Shown one piece after another: positions 40,237 to 53,993 of a stretch of 64,000 nt of DNA. The notes under the pieces are model-generated. The model worked only from the letters and a program-made list of their open reading frames with translations. It was not told where the DNA came from and did not search any database. The stretch is taken from NCBI GenBank assembly GCA_030390025.1, contig CM059432.1:70062001-70126000 (forward strand). Reading direction: 5' to 3'. The translations under genes were made by a program, and so were the position numbers. The first letter of the stretch is position 1; each line of letters starts with the position of its first letter. Source of the DNA: Squalus acanthias. Lineage: Eukaryota.

Positions 40237-41205
40237 TATGATTCTATTCTACTACTGTTTTGTAATAAAGCATCAGTCCTCCCAGATCCGATACAGACTC
40301 ATGCTCCCTCCACTTTGTTCAAGCATATGCTTTAACCCCTTATTGTACAAAGATGATATTTGCATTTCCAAAAACCACAAAATAATAAAATATTTTTGTA
40401 AATAAGTATGTCTTAGTCTCAGCACATTAGGAAGCCCCAGTAACTGGTAACAAGCAGATCGAGCGCGGGTTAATATATTTTCCTGTAGCTAAGAATGTAC
40501 TGTACTTTGATAGCATTTGCCATAAACAGTCCATTACTAAGATAATGGTGGTGTGGCTTCGGTAGAGGTCATATGTTTACTCTCTAGGCTTTCTGTAGTA
40601 TATCTGTGATATTGTCTGTTACAGACAATGAGGGGCCATTACAGAGCTAGTCACCTATATTCTGCAATTATCAAATTAATTCAATAGTCGAGGCAACTAA
40701 ACTATCCAAAGGGTGTGTGGAAAAGGTCAGAAATTCAAAGCTAACAATAAAAAGCTGTGAGTGCTGGAATTAAATGACTTGTTTTTCTCAACAACTACAC
40801 ACCTTTGCTAAGGGCTTAATTTAAACTCTATTTTACTGATATCAGGCACTGATGATGTTCGAGACCTGCTGAACAGAGTGCAAAGCATTCTGGAAGGGTT
40901 GAAATTGGACAATGTCATATTAGTAACATACACATTTTAATCAAATAGGTTAACATCATTGGTAAAAATTTGGCAACAGTATTTCATAGAATGTGTTAAC
41001 ATTTTCATTACTGATGTCACGCAGCAGAGTTTCAAAACCATAAAAGAAAATTTTGCACTTATACAGCACCTTTCATGTCCTTAGGACAACCCAAAGCATT
41101 TCATAGCCAATTTCAAAATGTAGACACTGTTATAATGCAGAGAAACATAGCAGCCAATTTGCACACAGCAAAGTCCCATACAACAACAATTAGATAAATG
41201 AACAT

Positions 41206-41786
41206 GGGGTAGAGTTTCGGCATTGGGCGCAATCGGTAATCTAAGAGCAAATTGCGCTACTTTTCCGAAGTGAAGTTATGGTTCATGTTTCCGCTCAAAC
41301 TCTTTTGCATACTCACAAACGTAAAATCTTCCATGAACCAGTGCAATCATGCAGCCTTTTAGAATATAACTGTTTTTTTCCCCTTATATTAAAAAATATT
41401 CCTTGCTATATGTAAGAGTGGTAACATGGTTCAATTTTATTCATACAGCTGAAAATGGGTTTATCACAAAAAATAAAAGGTGCCTATTAGTGCTCTTGTG
41501 CCTAAATATGATAGCTTGATTTTAAGAGCCTCCTCAAAGGCCAGCAAATGGGCACAATTAGCGGAAATTCGCCATGGTGATTAATTCGATCTGGAGCCGT
41601 GGGCAGTTTTCCGGGCAGGGCCGGCTTACAGCGCGATGCTTTTAAACCAGCGCAAAAGATTGCGGAAACTCAATTTGCACCAGATGTAACTTGTGCTTGA
41701 AATTACTTGATCTTTTGTGCTGGTTTGCTCGATTTTGGGCGCATTGCGCTGGAAACACTAGTGCAACCTCGCGGAAACTCTAACCC
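41206..41786. mobile_element. Harbinger-like MITE
   Basis: TIRs GGGGTAGAGTTTC / GAAACTCTAACCC. Confidence 0.8.
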
Positions 41787-41789
41787 CTT

Positions 41790-42682
41790 GGGGGAGAAAT
41801 TCAGTATCGCCCCATTTGGGGCGCAATTATCGGCCGGGCGCAAAGATTAGCGCCTGGCGCTAATTATCGCCTCCGACTGCAAACTTGACTTTTATCGCCC
41901 CTGGAGGTGATTGGAGCGCTAAATCAGGCGCTTCACACCTGTCTTAAGGCGCAAAGGCCGAGGAGCGAGGCGCTACCTCAGAGCGCTGGCGAAGCTCATG
42001 TGATGTCAGTCAGCAATGGAACACACACACAATCGCCCGGGCCAGTTCTTAAAGGGGATGGTTAATCTTGCTTTCCATCCACATCCTGCTCATTGCAGCC
42101 TTGAATCTCGGCCTGGAGAGACCTGCACATCAAATCTGCTGGAAAGAACAATGGAGAGTACCAGACAAAGAGCTCAGAGTGCAGCCCCCACAGACTCTTC
42201 TAAATCGATACAAAGAATGGCAGATCAAAATGAACCTGCAAAGTGCTGCTCAGTACCCAAAACTCCTTCACACAACGTTGAATCTCTCCAGAAGTCTCTC
42301 TCTCTCTCTCTCAGAATGCGTAGTTCAAAAATGGCACCAACAATAAAAGGCAGGAATCGGTCACCTTTAAATAGCGCTCCCCCTTTCCCTTCATGACTGC
42401 AGAACGCTCCCCTCAACCTGTCGTTGCTAGCGTCAGGCGGTAAGGCAGGGGGCGCCACTCAATTTCCACTCCGGGGCGTTACCGGGGCGTTGCGCACTCG
42501 ACTGACGTCACAATCTGCCGGCGCAGGAGATCGTGGCGGTAGTGTTTAGCGCCACCGCAAAATGTCTAGTTAATTTCGCGAGCGGCGCAAACTTCGCCGC
42601 GCCTGGGCGCTAGATGCTTTGCGCCCCATTAGCGCCCTCTTAAGGCGCTAACGGGAGGTGCAACCAACTGAATTTTTCCCCC
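41790..42682 (+). mobile_element. Harbinger-like MITE family B
   Basis: TIRs GGGGGAGAAATTCAG / CTGAATTTTTCCCCC, TSD CTT; many AGCGCC motifs; inverted copy at 55404-56296. Confidence 0.9.
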
Positions 42683-42839
42683 CTTATGTTTTAAAGATGT
42701 TTGTTGAGAGATAAATTTTGCCAAGGGCACCAGGAGCATGCCCCTGCTCTTGTTTTGAATAATGCCGTGGATACTTTTATATCCACCTGAATGAGTAACC
42801 AGGGCCTCAGGTTAATGTCTCAACCGAAAGACAGTACTT

Positions 42840-43591
42840 GCCCTGATTTTACCGAGGGGCCGGTATGGTGAATGCGAGCCCTGAAGCGAGTCACGTGCCC
42901 AGGGAGTCCGGGATGTGAAGGAGCAGCTGGTCTTAATGGCTGGACCTCATTTCTATAAATGTTCCCGGAGCCCTGCCCAAACCCGGCCAGATCCACTACC
43001 TGGTCGGTGGGTGGGAGCGGGAATTGGGTGTCAGGAAGCCGCAGCTATGGGAATGGTCCACAGCAGCCAGCGGGGGTCTGGAGGTGATGGGGGTGGGAGA
43101 GGTAGTGGTTCTATCTGTGAGGAAGGGGGGCTCTGGCCACGAGTGGTGGGAGGAACCCTGGGCAAGGGAGGCCCAAGGCTTCCTTATGAGGCCTGGAGGA
43201 GCACTCCCGCTCTTCCTGTCCCACAAGGAAACCTAACATAAAATGTTAAAACTTACCAGCTGGGCCTCTTGTGGCCCACGATCTACCTCCCAGCAGTTGT
43301 GGCCTGACAGGGAAGCTGTCACTGCTTCGCTGCTCAGGCCTCCAACTAAATTGCAGATCGGGTCCTGATGACATCATCGTCCCGATCTGCATATTTAAAG
43401 AAGAACCCCGCTGCTTTCCTGCGAGTGAACCGCCCGCCTGCCAAAAGAGCAAGTTAAGATCAGGAGATGGTGGGAAGGCGGCAGAATCCGAGGGAAGAAG
43501 TGACTCGCCTCATTTTACAATCTCCTCCACCCACCACCCCCCCTGCGCCCCCGCCCGGTTTCAATCAGGCAGGTTGAGTTAAAATCGGGAC
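42840..43591. mobile_element. Harbinger-like MITE
   Basis: TIRs GCCCTGATTTTA / TAAAATCGGGAC; interrupts the SINE. Confidence 0.8.
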
Positions 43592-43880
43592 AGTATCTCT
43601 GACAGTGCAGCACTCCATGTGCACTGCACTGAAGTGTCAGCTTAAATTATGAGCTCAAGTCCCTAATGTGAGGCTTGAACCCATGACCTTCTGACTCAGC
43701 AACAAGAGTGCTACCATTGAGCCAAGGCTGACAACATAGACAGCCATGCATTTGCTTGGTTACTTACACAATATACTCAACACCCATACTAGAAGCCATT
43801 TCAAAACCAAGATAAAGCTCCCTGCTTAGACTAGGTAAATAGCACACCTGTAAAATTACTGCTGCTTTTATTGATTCTAT

Positions 43881-45290
43881 GGGGGCGATTTTCTGATGTT
43901 GGAGGAGGCAGGTTTGGAGGCGGGAAAGGCCTGGAAAATCAGAAACAATGAGGGCGGGTTCAGAACCCACCTCCAACCCGCCTCCGCGGAATTTTGCCGG
44001 TGCCGGTTTTGGAGGTCGGGAAACGGTCCCGCCTCCAGTTGGCCATGGCACTAGTTAACATCATTAAATGCTCGTTAAGGGCCTCTCTAAGCCCATTTTG
44101 AGAGGCCCTCGTGATTTTTCGAGCATTTTGGCGTGTTCCACGACCCTCCTAAACCATGCCAGCTAAACCTGGCGGGTTGACTCATGGGTGGTCTCCTCAC
44201 AGCTGCAGGTCCAACAATACATAGTTTATTTCATCAAGGATTACTTGCAGGTGCCAGAACTTTGCTTTAAAAGGTCTTTGAGCACTTTTAGGAGGCCTTC
44301 CGAAGTCGGAGGTGCTGCAGCTTGTATCTATCAACTGTGGGATCTCCTTGGAAGACCCTCTCCCCGCTTGCAATGAGTGCTTCCCCAACGGAGGCATCTG
44401 CAAGCAGCATGGGAACCATTCATTTTCTTTCTCCATGGACCTCAGATGAGGATGAAGAGGAGGAGGAGGAGGCTGAGGAGGAGGAGGATCTGGAGGAGGA
44501 GGAGGAGGAGGTCAAAGCGCCAGTGTATCGACTAGCACATGGCTGCCCGGGATGCAAGGGATGAACTTATCATGGCCAGATTTGCATAGGTTGCCCAAGT
44601 TGGCACATGTCCTTGGCTCCATCCTAGGACATCATTGACAATGGACATGACTCTCTGGCCTCCTTTCACTCAGGCCACCAACCAGACAACGTAAGTATGG
44701 CGGAGCCCGCAATGTGGAGCTGCCTAAGGCGAAAGAACAGATGCCATAATGCCAACATTTTGGCATCAAATCATTTTAATGCTTTCCAACAGGGATGGCA
44801 TTTCATCAATACACAGAAACATTCTCCCAATCTGCACACAGATCTGGAGGTTATATCCCTTGCCAGCTGGACCCACACAGCCTTGGTTTCTTTGGAAGGC
44901 CTCTTCCTCCCAGATGAGTGGAAGAGCACCTCCCTGCTAGCTGTCACCCCCTCAAACAACATTTGCAGTGCCTCATCCGAAAGCCTCGGGGAGGAATTGG
45001 ACATAGTGGTTTCTCAGAATATGTTGCAGGTGGTGCAGGAGACGCAGAAATGCTGTGGAATGAGCCAAGGCAGCAAGAAGCCATAAAATCAGACTGGAAA
45101 AGTGATGTCAGCAGAGGCGAGTTTCAGTCCCAAAACACTAATTGACCAAGGGCATATCCCACACCTCTGAAATCAAGTGGCCAATCATGGGAAAATCACA
45201 ATTTTTTGAAAACTATCAATGGAGGCGGGTTTCAAACCCATCCAAACCGAAATCCGCCTCCATCTCACCTCCAGTGATAAAATCGCCCCC
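43881..45290 (+). mobile_element. Internally deleted derivative of the 12977-15608 Harbinger family
   Basis: Collinear with 12977-13538 and 14731-15608; TIRs GGGGGCGATTTT / AAAATCGCCCCC. Confidence 0.93.
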
Positions 45291-47310
45291 TACAGTTCCT
45301 TTGTATTGGAAATCAATGCTATTTTTGTGTGCGTGTGATTCAAGCTCTCTATGCCTCCTGCATTTTCTCTGTTGGTTCGCAGGAATTTCATTTGTTTTCA
45401 TAGCATTGTCATTTTGGATATCGAAAATCATTTGCAGCAACATGTAGAAAGAACTTCAAATTTATGTCACTATATTTCTGAAATTTAATCAGGACAGTAA
45501 AGCAGCCCAGTCCAATTCTATTTTCTTCAAACCTACAGTAACTGACATGACTTAAGAGTAAAATCAATTGTTGATTGTATTGTTTCATTCTGCGAAGTTA
45601 GAGTTAGTGGATCAATCTTCGTGCAAATGTTTTCATTTTAACCTGCCACACAGCCTTTTGTTTTATATTGAAGTGCTGTAATAGAATTTGCTTCCAAAAG
45701 CTCAGACGGCCAGATTGTCAGTATGGACACTGGAAGAGACTGCCTACCATGAGAGCTGTGAGCTACATAAACGGGTCTGCAAAAAAATACTGGCCGTGTA
45801 GGATGAAGTGATCTCTAGCTGTGGTTCACTATACAATAATTCTCTGATTTCAACTCAGGGGAGTGAGACAAGTTGTAGAGGTGAGATGCGTTAATTAAAA
45901 AGGGATTTGGTTTCCAAGTGTCTGAAATTCAATTCTCAAATTTATGAGGTCCAAGTTGTAAGATCAGTGTATGTTGAACATAGGTCCTTGTCTACCGATT
46001 GATTTGAGAGTGTAGCATACCTCTCATCTCACAAGTCCAGGAACCATCCTGAACAGTACAGTCTCTTAAAATATAGGAAAAAAACATTAAATTATGTGAG
46101 TGTTACAAAGTACAAGCTGGTGATTATAATTTCCTACATACAAAATCTCAGCTATTGCTAAATAAAATAGCAGCTGTATTGGTATCTGAATTTCTTCTTC
46201 AAGAAGCATAGTACATCTTCGTAACCCTGTGCAGCTTCATTAGTGATTGTCATGGAGACAGACATGGAGGATAGTCATGTGGCTCCACTATAATTTTTAG
46301 TTCCCTTTTCTACGTTGTTTGATTCAGGTCATTATGAGTGAATGCTGTCATGCTTTTTGTAATAATGTGGAAAATGGTTCATTTCTGCAATGAATATCTC
46401 ATTGGCTACTGCTCGTGCTGCATTTGACAATGGAGGTTGAATTATTGTCTGTATTTTGAACACTGGAATGGGAGCTGTGAGGTCTGTGTGTTATGTTGTG
46501 TTTGCTTGCTGGCACAACTCTCTGAAATGGCAAGCAGCTGAACTGATCTCAGGCTGTTCTCAATATCACTGTGTAAGTAATCATGAAGGATGTATTATGA
46601 GAGTAACAACAAAACCTCTCAGAGCATACCTGCAGATGAGCCCATGCTCAGACTTTCTCTCCCTTGATTTTGATTAAAAATGATATTGCAATAAGAAATC
46701 GCTGTATTTTTCTTCTGCGTTCCTTTGTGGAGCATTGGAAGTACACTGCGAATTATTTTCCTTTGGTCACTAATTTTAGTGAAAAGGTAGATGGAGGTAA
46801 ATAGTAGTGCAATACAGGTAGCAAGCATTCATGCATGTTTGGAACAGCACTGAAGTTGTTCCAATGCAAAAATGGGGCCAAGAGAGAAAATTAGAAAAGT
46901 GTACAACGAAGCAGCTTTTTGCCTATTAAGGGCTTGTTAAAGGCCAAAGATCAACAACTTATGCAGAATTACACATGAGCAAATGTATTTCATTCCAGTC
47001 CTTAGTGAATTTAATGAACAGGAAGATGTGAAAGTATCACCACAGCGGTGAAACAAATGATGGGGAAAAGTTTGAACAAGTCCCCTAAATTAAATGCAGA
47101 TGGGTATATAGGCAAGCAGAGGGGGATAATGGCTGAAGGAAGAAAAGGAGTAGGGGCCTCTGGTAACTTTATTTTTCTTTCAATTAATGTCCATATTCAG
47201 TACAAACAGCTCTAAAATGTGCATGTAGTTTGTGCATGTGTGGAGAGTATGAGTAAGCAGGCAAATACTTTACATGGTGGCACTCGTGCTTTTAGTATGG
47301 ATGAGATAGT

Positions 47311-47492
47311 GGAGGTAATTTTAATCTAACCTGCCCAGTCAGAAACTGACGTGATCGGATCAGCTGCCCATTTCACAACCTGCTCGATTTTACTTTCCAT
47401 TGACATCAAAGTAATATCAGGCAGGTTGTGAAAGGGGCAGCCCCTCCGATGCCGACAGTTTCCTGCCAGATGGGTGAGGTTAAATTGACTCC
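47311..47492. mobile_element. ~180-bp palindromic MITE
   Basis: Arms GCTGCCCATTTCACAACCTGCTCGATTTTACTTT / AAAGTAATATCAGGCAGGTTGTGAAAGGGGCAGC; termini GGAGGTAATTT / AAATTGACTCC. Confidence 0.75.
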
Positions 47493-48677
47493 ACGGTGTT
47501 TTTAGTCATAGAGTCATAGAATGATACAGCACATAAGGAGGGCATTCAGCCGATCGCGCCTGTCCTGGCTCATTGAAAGAGCTGTCCAATTAGTCCCACT
47601 CCTCGGCTCTTGTCCCCATAGCCCTGCAAATTTTTCCCCTTCAAGTGTTTATCTAATCTCCTTTTGAAAGTTACTATTGAATTTACTTCCACCGGCTTTC
47701 AGGCGGTGCATTCCAGATCACAACAACTCACTGCGTTGAAAAAAATCCTCATGTCGCCTCGGATTCTTTTGCCAATCACCTTAAATCTGTGTCCTCTATT
47801 ACAGACCCTTCTGCCACTGGAAACAGTTTCTCCTTATTTACTCTATCAGATCCGTTCATGATTTTGAACACCACTATCAAATCTCCTCTTAACCTCCTCT
47901 GCTCTAAGGAGAACAACCCCAGCTTCTCCAGTCTCTCCACAGTCCCTCATCCCTGGTACCATTCTAGTAAATCTCCTCTGCACCCTCTCTAAGGCCTTGA
48001 CATCCTTCCTAAAGTGTGGTGCCCAGAATTGAACACAATAGTCCTGCCGAGGCCTAACCAGTGTTTTATAGAGGTTAAACATAACTTCCTTGCTTTTGTA
48101 CTTTACGCCTCTATTAATAAAACCAAGGAATCAATCCCACATGCTTTTTTAATAGCCTTCTCAACCTATCCTGTCACCTTCAAAGATTTATGTACATACA
48201 CACCTAGGTCTCTCTGTTCCTGCATCCCCTTTAAAATTGTATCATTTAGTTTATATTGCCTCTCCTCATTCTTCCTACCAAAATCTATCACTTCACACTT
48301 ATCTGCATTAAATTTCATCTGCCATGTGTCTGCCCATTTCACCAGTTTGTCTATGTCCTCTAGAGGTCTGTTACTATCCTCCTCATTGTTTACTACATTT
48401 CCGAGTTTCGTATAATCTGCAAACTGTGAAATTATTCCCTGTATAACCAAGTCCAGGTCATTAACATATATCAAAAAGAGCAGTGGTTTTAATATTGACC
48501 CCTGGGGAACACCACTGTATACTTCCCTCCAGTCTGATAAACAACCATTCACCACTACTCACTACTTTCTGTCCCTTAGCCAATTTTCTATCTACGCTGC
48601 CACTGTCCCTTTAATGTTGCTAACAAGTCCATTATGAAGTACTTTGTCAAACGTCTTTTAAAAGTCCATTTACACAA

Positions 48678-51297
48678 GGAGAAATTATTATGGGGAATAA
48701 GGAAATGACAGCAACATTAAAGAAATATTTTGTATCTGTCTTCACAGTAGAAGACACAAAAAGCATACCAAAAATGGTGGGGAACCAAGGGTCTAATGAG
48801 GGTGAGGAACTTAACGTAATTAATATAAGTCGAGAAAAAGTACTAGAGAATCTAATGGGACTAAAAGCCGTCAAATCCCCTGGACCTGATGACTTACATC
48901 CTAGGGTTCTGAAAGAGGTGGCTGAAGAGATAGTGAATGCATTGGTTTTGATCTTCCAAAATTCCCTAGATTCTAGAATGGTCCCAGCGGATTGGAAGGT
49001 CACAAATGTAACACTGCTATTCAAGAAAGGAGGGAGAGAGAAAACAGGGAACTACAGGCCAGTTAGCCTGACATCAGTTGTCGGGAAAAATACTGGAATC
49101 CATTGTTAAGGAAGTGGTACCAGGGCACTTAGAAAATCATAACATGATTAGACAGAGTCAACATGGTTTTCTGAAAGGGAAATCACGTTTGACAAATTTA
49201 TTAGAGTTTTTTGAGGATGTAACTAGCAGGGTAGATAAAGGGGGACCAATGGATGTAGTATATTTGGATTTCCAAAAGGCATTCGATAAGGTGCCACATT
49301 AAAGGTTATTACAAAAGATTAGAGCTCATGGGGTTGGGGGTAATATAGTAGCATGGAAGAGGATTGGTTAACTGACAGAAAACAGAGAGTAAGGATAAAC
49401 GGATCTTTTTCAGGTTGGCAGGCTGTAACTAGTGGGGTGCCGCAAGGATCAGTGTTGGCGCCTCAGCTATTTACAATCTATATTAATGACCTAGATGAAG
49501 GGACCGAGTGTAATGTATCCAAGTTTGCTGATGATACAAAGCTAGGTGGGACAGTAAGCTGTGAGGAGAACACAAAAGGGGGAATTTTGCCAGCCCTGGG
49601 GAGGCGGGTATGGAGGCGGGACTGCCGGGAAAATGGCAGAAACTGGGAGCGGGTACCGAACCCACTCCCAACCCGCCTCTGTGCCATCTTCCCGGGAGGC
49701 GGGTCCCCGACTTGCGCAGGGACCCATCTCCTCGAGGCAGGAAGGGGATTACAACCAATTAACTGCCTGTTAACAGGTAGTTAACAGGCAGTTAAGAGGC
49801 TTATCCTATTTTACCCCTGCAAGTGCGGGCTTCCCGACGGCTGCGAACCTCGCCAGGGTCAGCAAGGTGAGCAGTGGGTCTGTGGGGGTGAGAGGGATCA
49901 AAAAGTCTGCTGTGGAGGTGAGTGATGGGTGCAAGTGTGGAGAGGTAAGTATGAGAGGTGAGTGTAAAGTCTTAGATAAAGTTTACTTACCTTTGCTTCT
50001 TCCTGCAAGCTTCAACCCTTGGGGATCCGGAGGTGCCTCATCTCAACGGCAGAGATGACAGAATGGCTGCTGCATTCTCAGATGCAGCAGCCATCTGATT
50101 TCTGCTGAGGAAAGAGGTTTGGTGAGCCTTCAGTACAAGGGCTCACCTTAGAACAGAGATTGTCAGTGTTTGACAGCTTCTCAAAGCTGTCAAACGCTGA
50201 CAATTCATCTGTCAAAAGCTTTTGACAGATGAAACGTCATATGCTGACGTCCTCTGTCACCGGCTTTCCCTTAATTGGCCGTCTAAGCCTGCAGGGCGGG
50301 CTTAACAAGGTCAATCAAGGGAAAATAGCGTGGGTTGGCCGGACGTCGTTGGGGGCGGGTCTGAAACCCGACAACCAGCAGTCCCGCCCCCAACGCGCCC
50401 CCATTGAGAAAATCCAGCCCAAAGACTCTGCAAAGAGATATGGATAGACTAAGTGAATAGGCAGGAAGGTGGCAGATGGAGTATAATGTAGGGAAATGTG
50501 AGGTTATTCACTTTGGTAGGAAGAATAGAAAAACAGAATATTTTTTAAATGGCGAGAAACTTTCAAATGTTGGTGTTCAGAGAGATTTGGGTGTCCTCAT
50601 GCAAGAAACACAGAAAACTAGCATGCAGGTACAGCAAGCAATAAGGAAGGCAAATGGCATGTTGGCCTTTATTGCAAGGGGGTTGAAGTATAAGAGTAAG
50701 GAAGTCTTGCTACAATTGTACAGGGCCTTGGTGAGACCACACCTGGAGTACTGTGCACAGTTTTGGTCTCCTTATCTAAGGAAGGATATACTTGCCTTGG
50801 AGGCGGTGCAACGAAGGTTCACTAGATTGATTCCTGGGATGAGAGGGCTATCCTATGATGAGAGATTGTGTAGAATGGGCCTATACTTTCTGGAGTTTAG
50901 AAGAATGAGAGGTGACCTCATTGAAACATATAAGATTCTGAAGGGGATTAACAGGGTAGATGCTGAGAGGTTGTTTCCCCTGGCTGGAGTGTCTGGAACT
51001 AGAGGGCATAGTCTCAGGATAAGGGGCGGCCATTTAATACTGAGATGAGGAGGAATTTCTTCACTCAGAGGATTGTGAATCTTTGGAATTCTCTGCCCCA
51101 GAGGGCTGTGAATGCTGAGTCTTTGAGTATATTCAAGGCTGAGATAGATAGATTTTTGGACTCTAGGGGAATCAAGGGATATGGAGATCGGGCGGGAAAG
51201 TGGAGTTGAGGTCGATGATCAGCCATGTTCTTATTGAATGGTGGAGCAGGCTCGAGGGGCCGTATGGCCTACTCCTGCTTTTATTTCTTATGTTCTT
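48678..51297 (+). mobile_element. 5'-truncated CR1 nested antiparallel in CR1 and interrupted by a family A MITE
   Basis: RT ORF pieces 48690-49570 and 50476-51048; ACAA duplicated at 48674 and 51298. Confidence 0.93.
49578..50420 (+). mobile_element. Harbinger non-autonomous element, family A
   Basis: TIRs GGGGGAATTTT / AAAATCCAGCCC, TSD AAA; clean insertion in CR1 RT. Confidence 0.93.
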
Positions 51298-52084
51298 ACA
51301 ATATCAACCGCACTACCTTCATCAACCCTCTCCGTTACTTCATCAAAGAACTCAATCAAGTTAGTCAAACATGATTTGCCTTTAACAAATTCATGCTAAC
51401 TTTCATTTTTTAGCCCATACTTTTACAAATGCCAATTAATTTTGTTCCAGATTAACGTCTCTAAAAGTTTCTCCACCTCCGACATTATGCTGACTGATCT
51501 ATAGTTGCCAGGTTATTCCCTCTCCCCTTTTTTGAACAGGGGTGTAACATTTGTAACAGTCCTCTGGCACCATCACCATATCCAAGGAGGATTGGGAGAT
51601 TGTGGCCAGAGCTTCTGCAATTTCCACCCTTACTTCCCTCAGTAACCTAGGATGCATCCCATCCAGGCTGTATGACTTTTCTACGTTGAGTACTGCCAAC
51701 CTTTCAATTACCTCCTCTTAATCTATTTTTATCCTATCCAGTATCGCTAGTACAACCTCCTTTACTGCTACATTGGCAGCATCCTCTTCTCTAGTGAAGA
51801 CAGATGCAATTAGTACCTCAGCCATGTCCACTGCCTTCACAAGAAGATTACCTTTTTAGTCCCTAATTGGCCCCACCCTTCCTTTGACTACCCTTTTACT
51901 ATTTATATGTTTGTAAAAGAGTTTTGGTTTCCCTTTTATGTTAGCAGCTAATCTATTCTCATAAACTCTCTTTGCATCCATTCCTTTTTTTAGATTTGCT
52001 CTGTACTTCTTTTTGGTTCTCGACTATATTATGAACCTTATATTTGTCCTAAGGCTCCTTTTTCTGTCTCATTTTAACCTCTAT

Positions 52085-53993
52085 GAGCTAAAAATTCAGG
52101 TGTTTTACGCCACCCGTTACTGGCATAATTTTACGAAAACACGACGGTCACCGCTCTTTCGCCAGCTGAGGGCCGTAAAAGCGATGGCCCTGCAAATGTA
52201 AATTAGAGAGAGGGTGATGTGCGTGGGCATGCAACGCCAGCTTAACGTCACCTCAGTGAACTTGGATCTTAGCGCTGAGTACAGCGCTGGGTCCTAAGCT
52301 CGCCATGAAAACCCAGCGTTCAGCAGACTGATAAAGATGCTGTCAGCACCTCTTAAAGGGACACACACATCTTTCAGGTAAGCTTTTGGACTGGATTTTT
52401 TTGATTTTATTGAAGTAGTGGCTTGCTGCAATACATGTTAAAAGCTTTTTAAGTGTGTAGAGAGAGCTGCTGGATGCTTGCAAGGCCTCGGATGGTAAAG
52501 GAAGACCTCTGAGAAGACAGAAAATGCTGCAAATTCTCAGCAGCACAGGCAACATCTGTGGAGAGAGAAACAGAGTTCTTGTCTCAGGTAGAGATGCTGC
52601 CTGACCTGCTGAGTATTTCCAGCATTTTATGCTTTCATTTCAGATTTACAGCATCCGCTCACAGAGTGAAGAGGAAGAAGCAGAAGAGGAGGAAGCAGAA
52701 GGAGGTGTGCACCCCAGACAGCCCCTTTCTGGCTGGGATATCTGGGATCGAATCATCTGCCTGCGGTCCCAGTGACCACAACCCCAATTACCCTTTCAAC
52801 ATTTGTCCCACACCTTACCTTCCCTCTGTTACTGACCATCACAGCATCCTCTTGGCCACGATGCTGAAATAAAAGCCACCACAAAGCAAAATTTCCAATC
52901 CAACTTTAATACATCTATCCATCCAATATGAAATCAAGAAATCAACTCATCACCCTCTGACTGTCTTGTGTGTGCCCTTGCCTATCCTAGTGATGTCACA
53001 CAGTGCTACCCCAGTGCAGCATTGCTGGTGGAAGGTGGCTGACTTTCAGTGGGGTACACTGCAAATGGCCTTGCTGGTCAACCTTGAGGAGCTGGTGGCT
53101 GACGGTGTTTCTTCTTTTTCTTCTTCTTCTTCACTCTCCTCTTCCTCTTGGTCAACCACTGGCTGGGCAGGCTGCATTTCTCGGGTGTGTGAAATGAGGA
53201 AGGCACAAGGGTGGAGTTGTGGTGAGGGGAGGGCAGGAAAGCAAGAGGTGCATGCCAGAAGGAGGATAACGTATGTGGATATCAGCATCTTGTATCCTTT
53301 CAGCCCCGCCACTGACCAAGGGCTCAGCCATGCCCCTGCCAAGAATGGCCTGCACCATCTCCTCCAAGGGAGTGAGGTGAGGCTAGGAATGGAAGATGTG
53401 CCTCGTGTTTGGTATAGATTGTTGGTAGGTGAGTGATTTGGGAGCTGGAGGGGAGGAGTCGTGCATTGAGATGCGAGACCCTGGGTGCCCCTTCCCTGGC
53501 TTGCTGAGCCATTTGTGTTGGTGCTAAAGCACTTTTCCTATTTTTTGAGGTTCGAAAGGAAAACCAGCTTGAAGAGCTGAAGACTCCCATTTGGGAGTTT
53601 TTTTCCCAAATGTTAATTTTTTTTTCAGAAGACAGTTGAGCTGTAATGGCTGAAAAATGCATATTTTACATCATGTTAATTTTTATCATTTCAGAAGTCA
53701 TTGCCCTTTTAAGAAAACGGCAATGCATTGCCCTTTTAACATCCCACAATACTTTGCAAAATCACAGCCTCGCTGTGCGAAGCTGCAACACAGCTTCTGA
53801 ATGCCACATTGGGTCTGATGCAGGGACGAACGGCACCAGGAGGGCATTACACAGTCAGTTTAGTGCTGGGCTAATAATCATTAGTCCCCAGTGCAAATTT
53901 TTCACACCTACCAGTGCCACCATTTTTGATAGCCGTTAACCCGCGGCCGCGGTGGCACCAGCAGCTTTTGTGTCGCACTCAAATTTTTAGGCC
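52085..53993 (+). mobile_element. Degraded Harbinger derivative (acidic transposase tail, Myb remnant MAQQAREGAPR on minus)
   Basis: Termini GAGCTAAAAATT / AATTTTTAGGCC; interrupts CR1. Confidence 0.75.
52517..52658. mobile_element. Inverted pair of Penelope-type terminal fragments (same family as 14008-14150)
   Basis: 52517-52589 matches 14052-14124; 52592-52658 is the reverse complement. Confidence 0.8.

Larger units (their letters stand above)
41045..43733 (-). mobile_element. SacSINE1-like SINE split into 41045-41205, 42686-42839 and 43592-43733 by three MITEs
   Basis: Pieces are collinear with the reverse complement of 29105-29520. Confidence 0.85.

Noticed and set aside
40846..40940. 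Protein-like peptide TDDVRDLLNRVQSILEGLKLDN after a possible acceptor
   Set aside because: Short, no convincing donor, not recognised.
42016..42396. ORF conserved with 55537-56070
   Set aside because: Similarity reflects two copies of MITE family B; no recognisable domain and different ORF ends.
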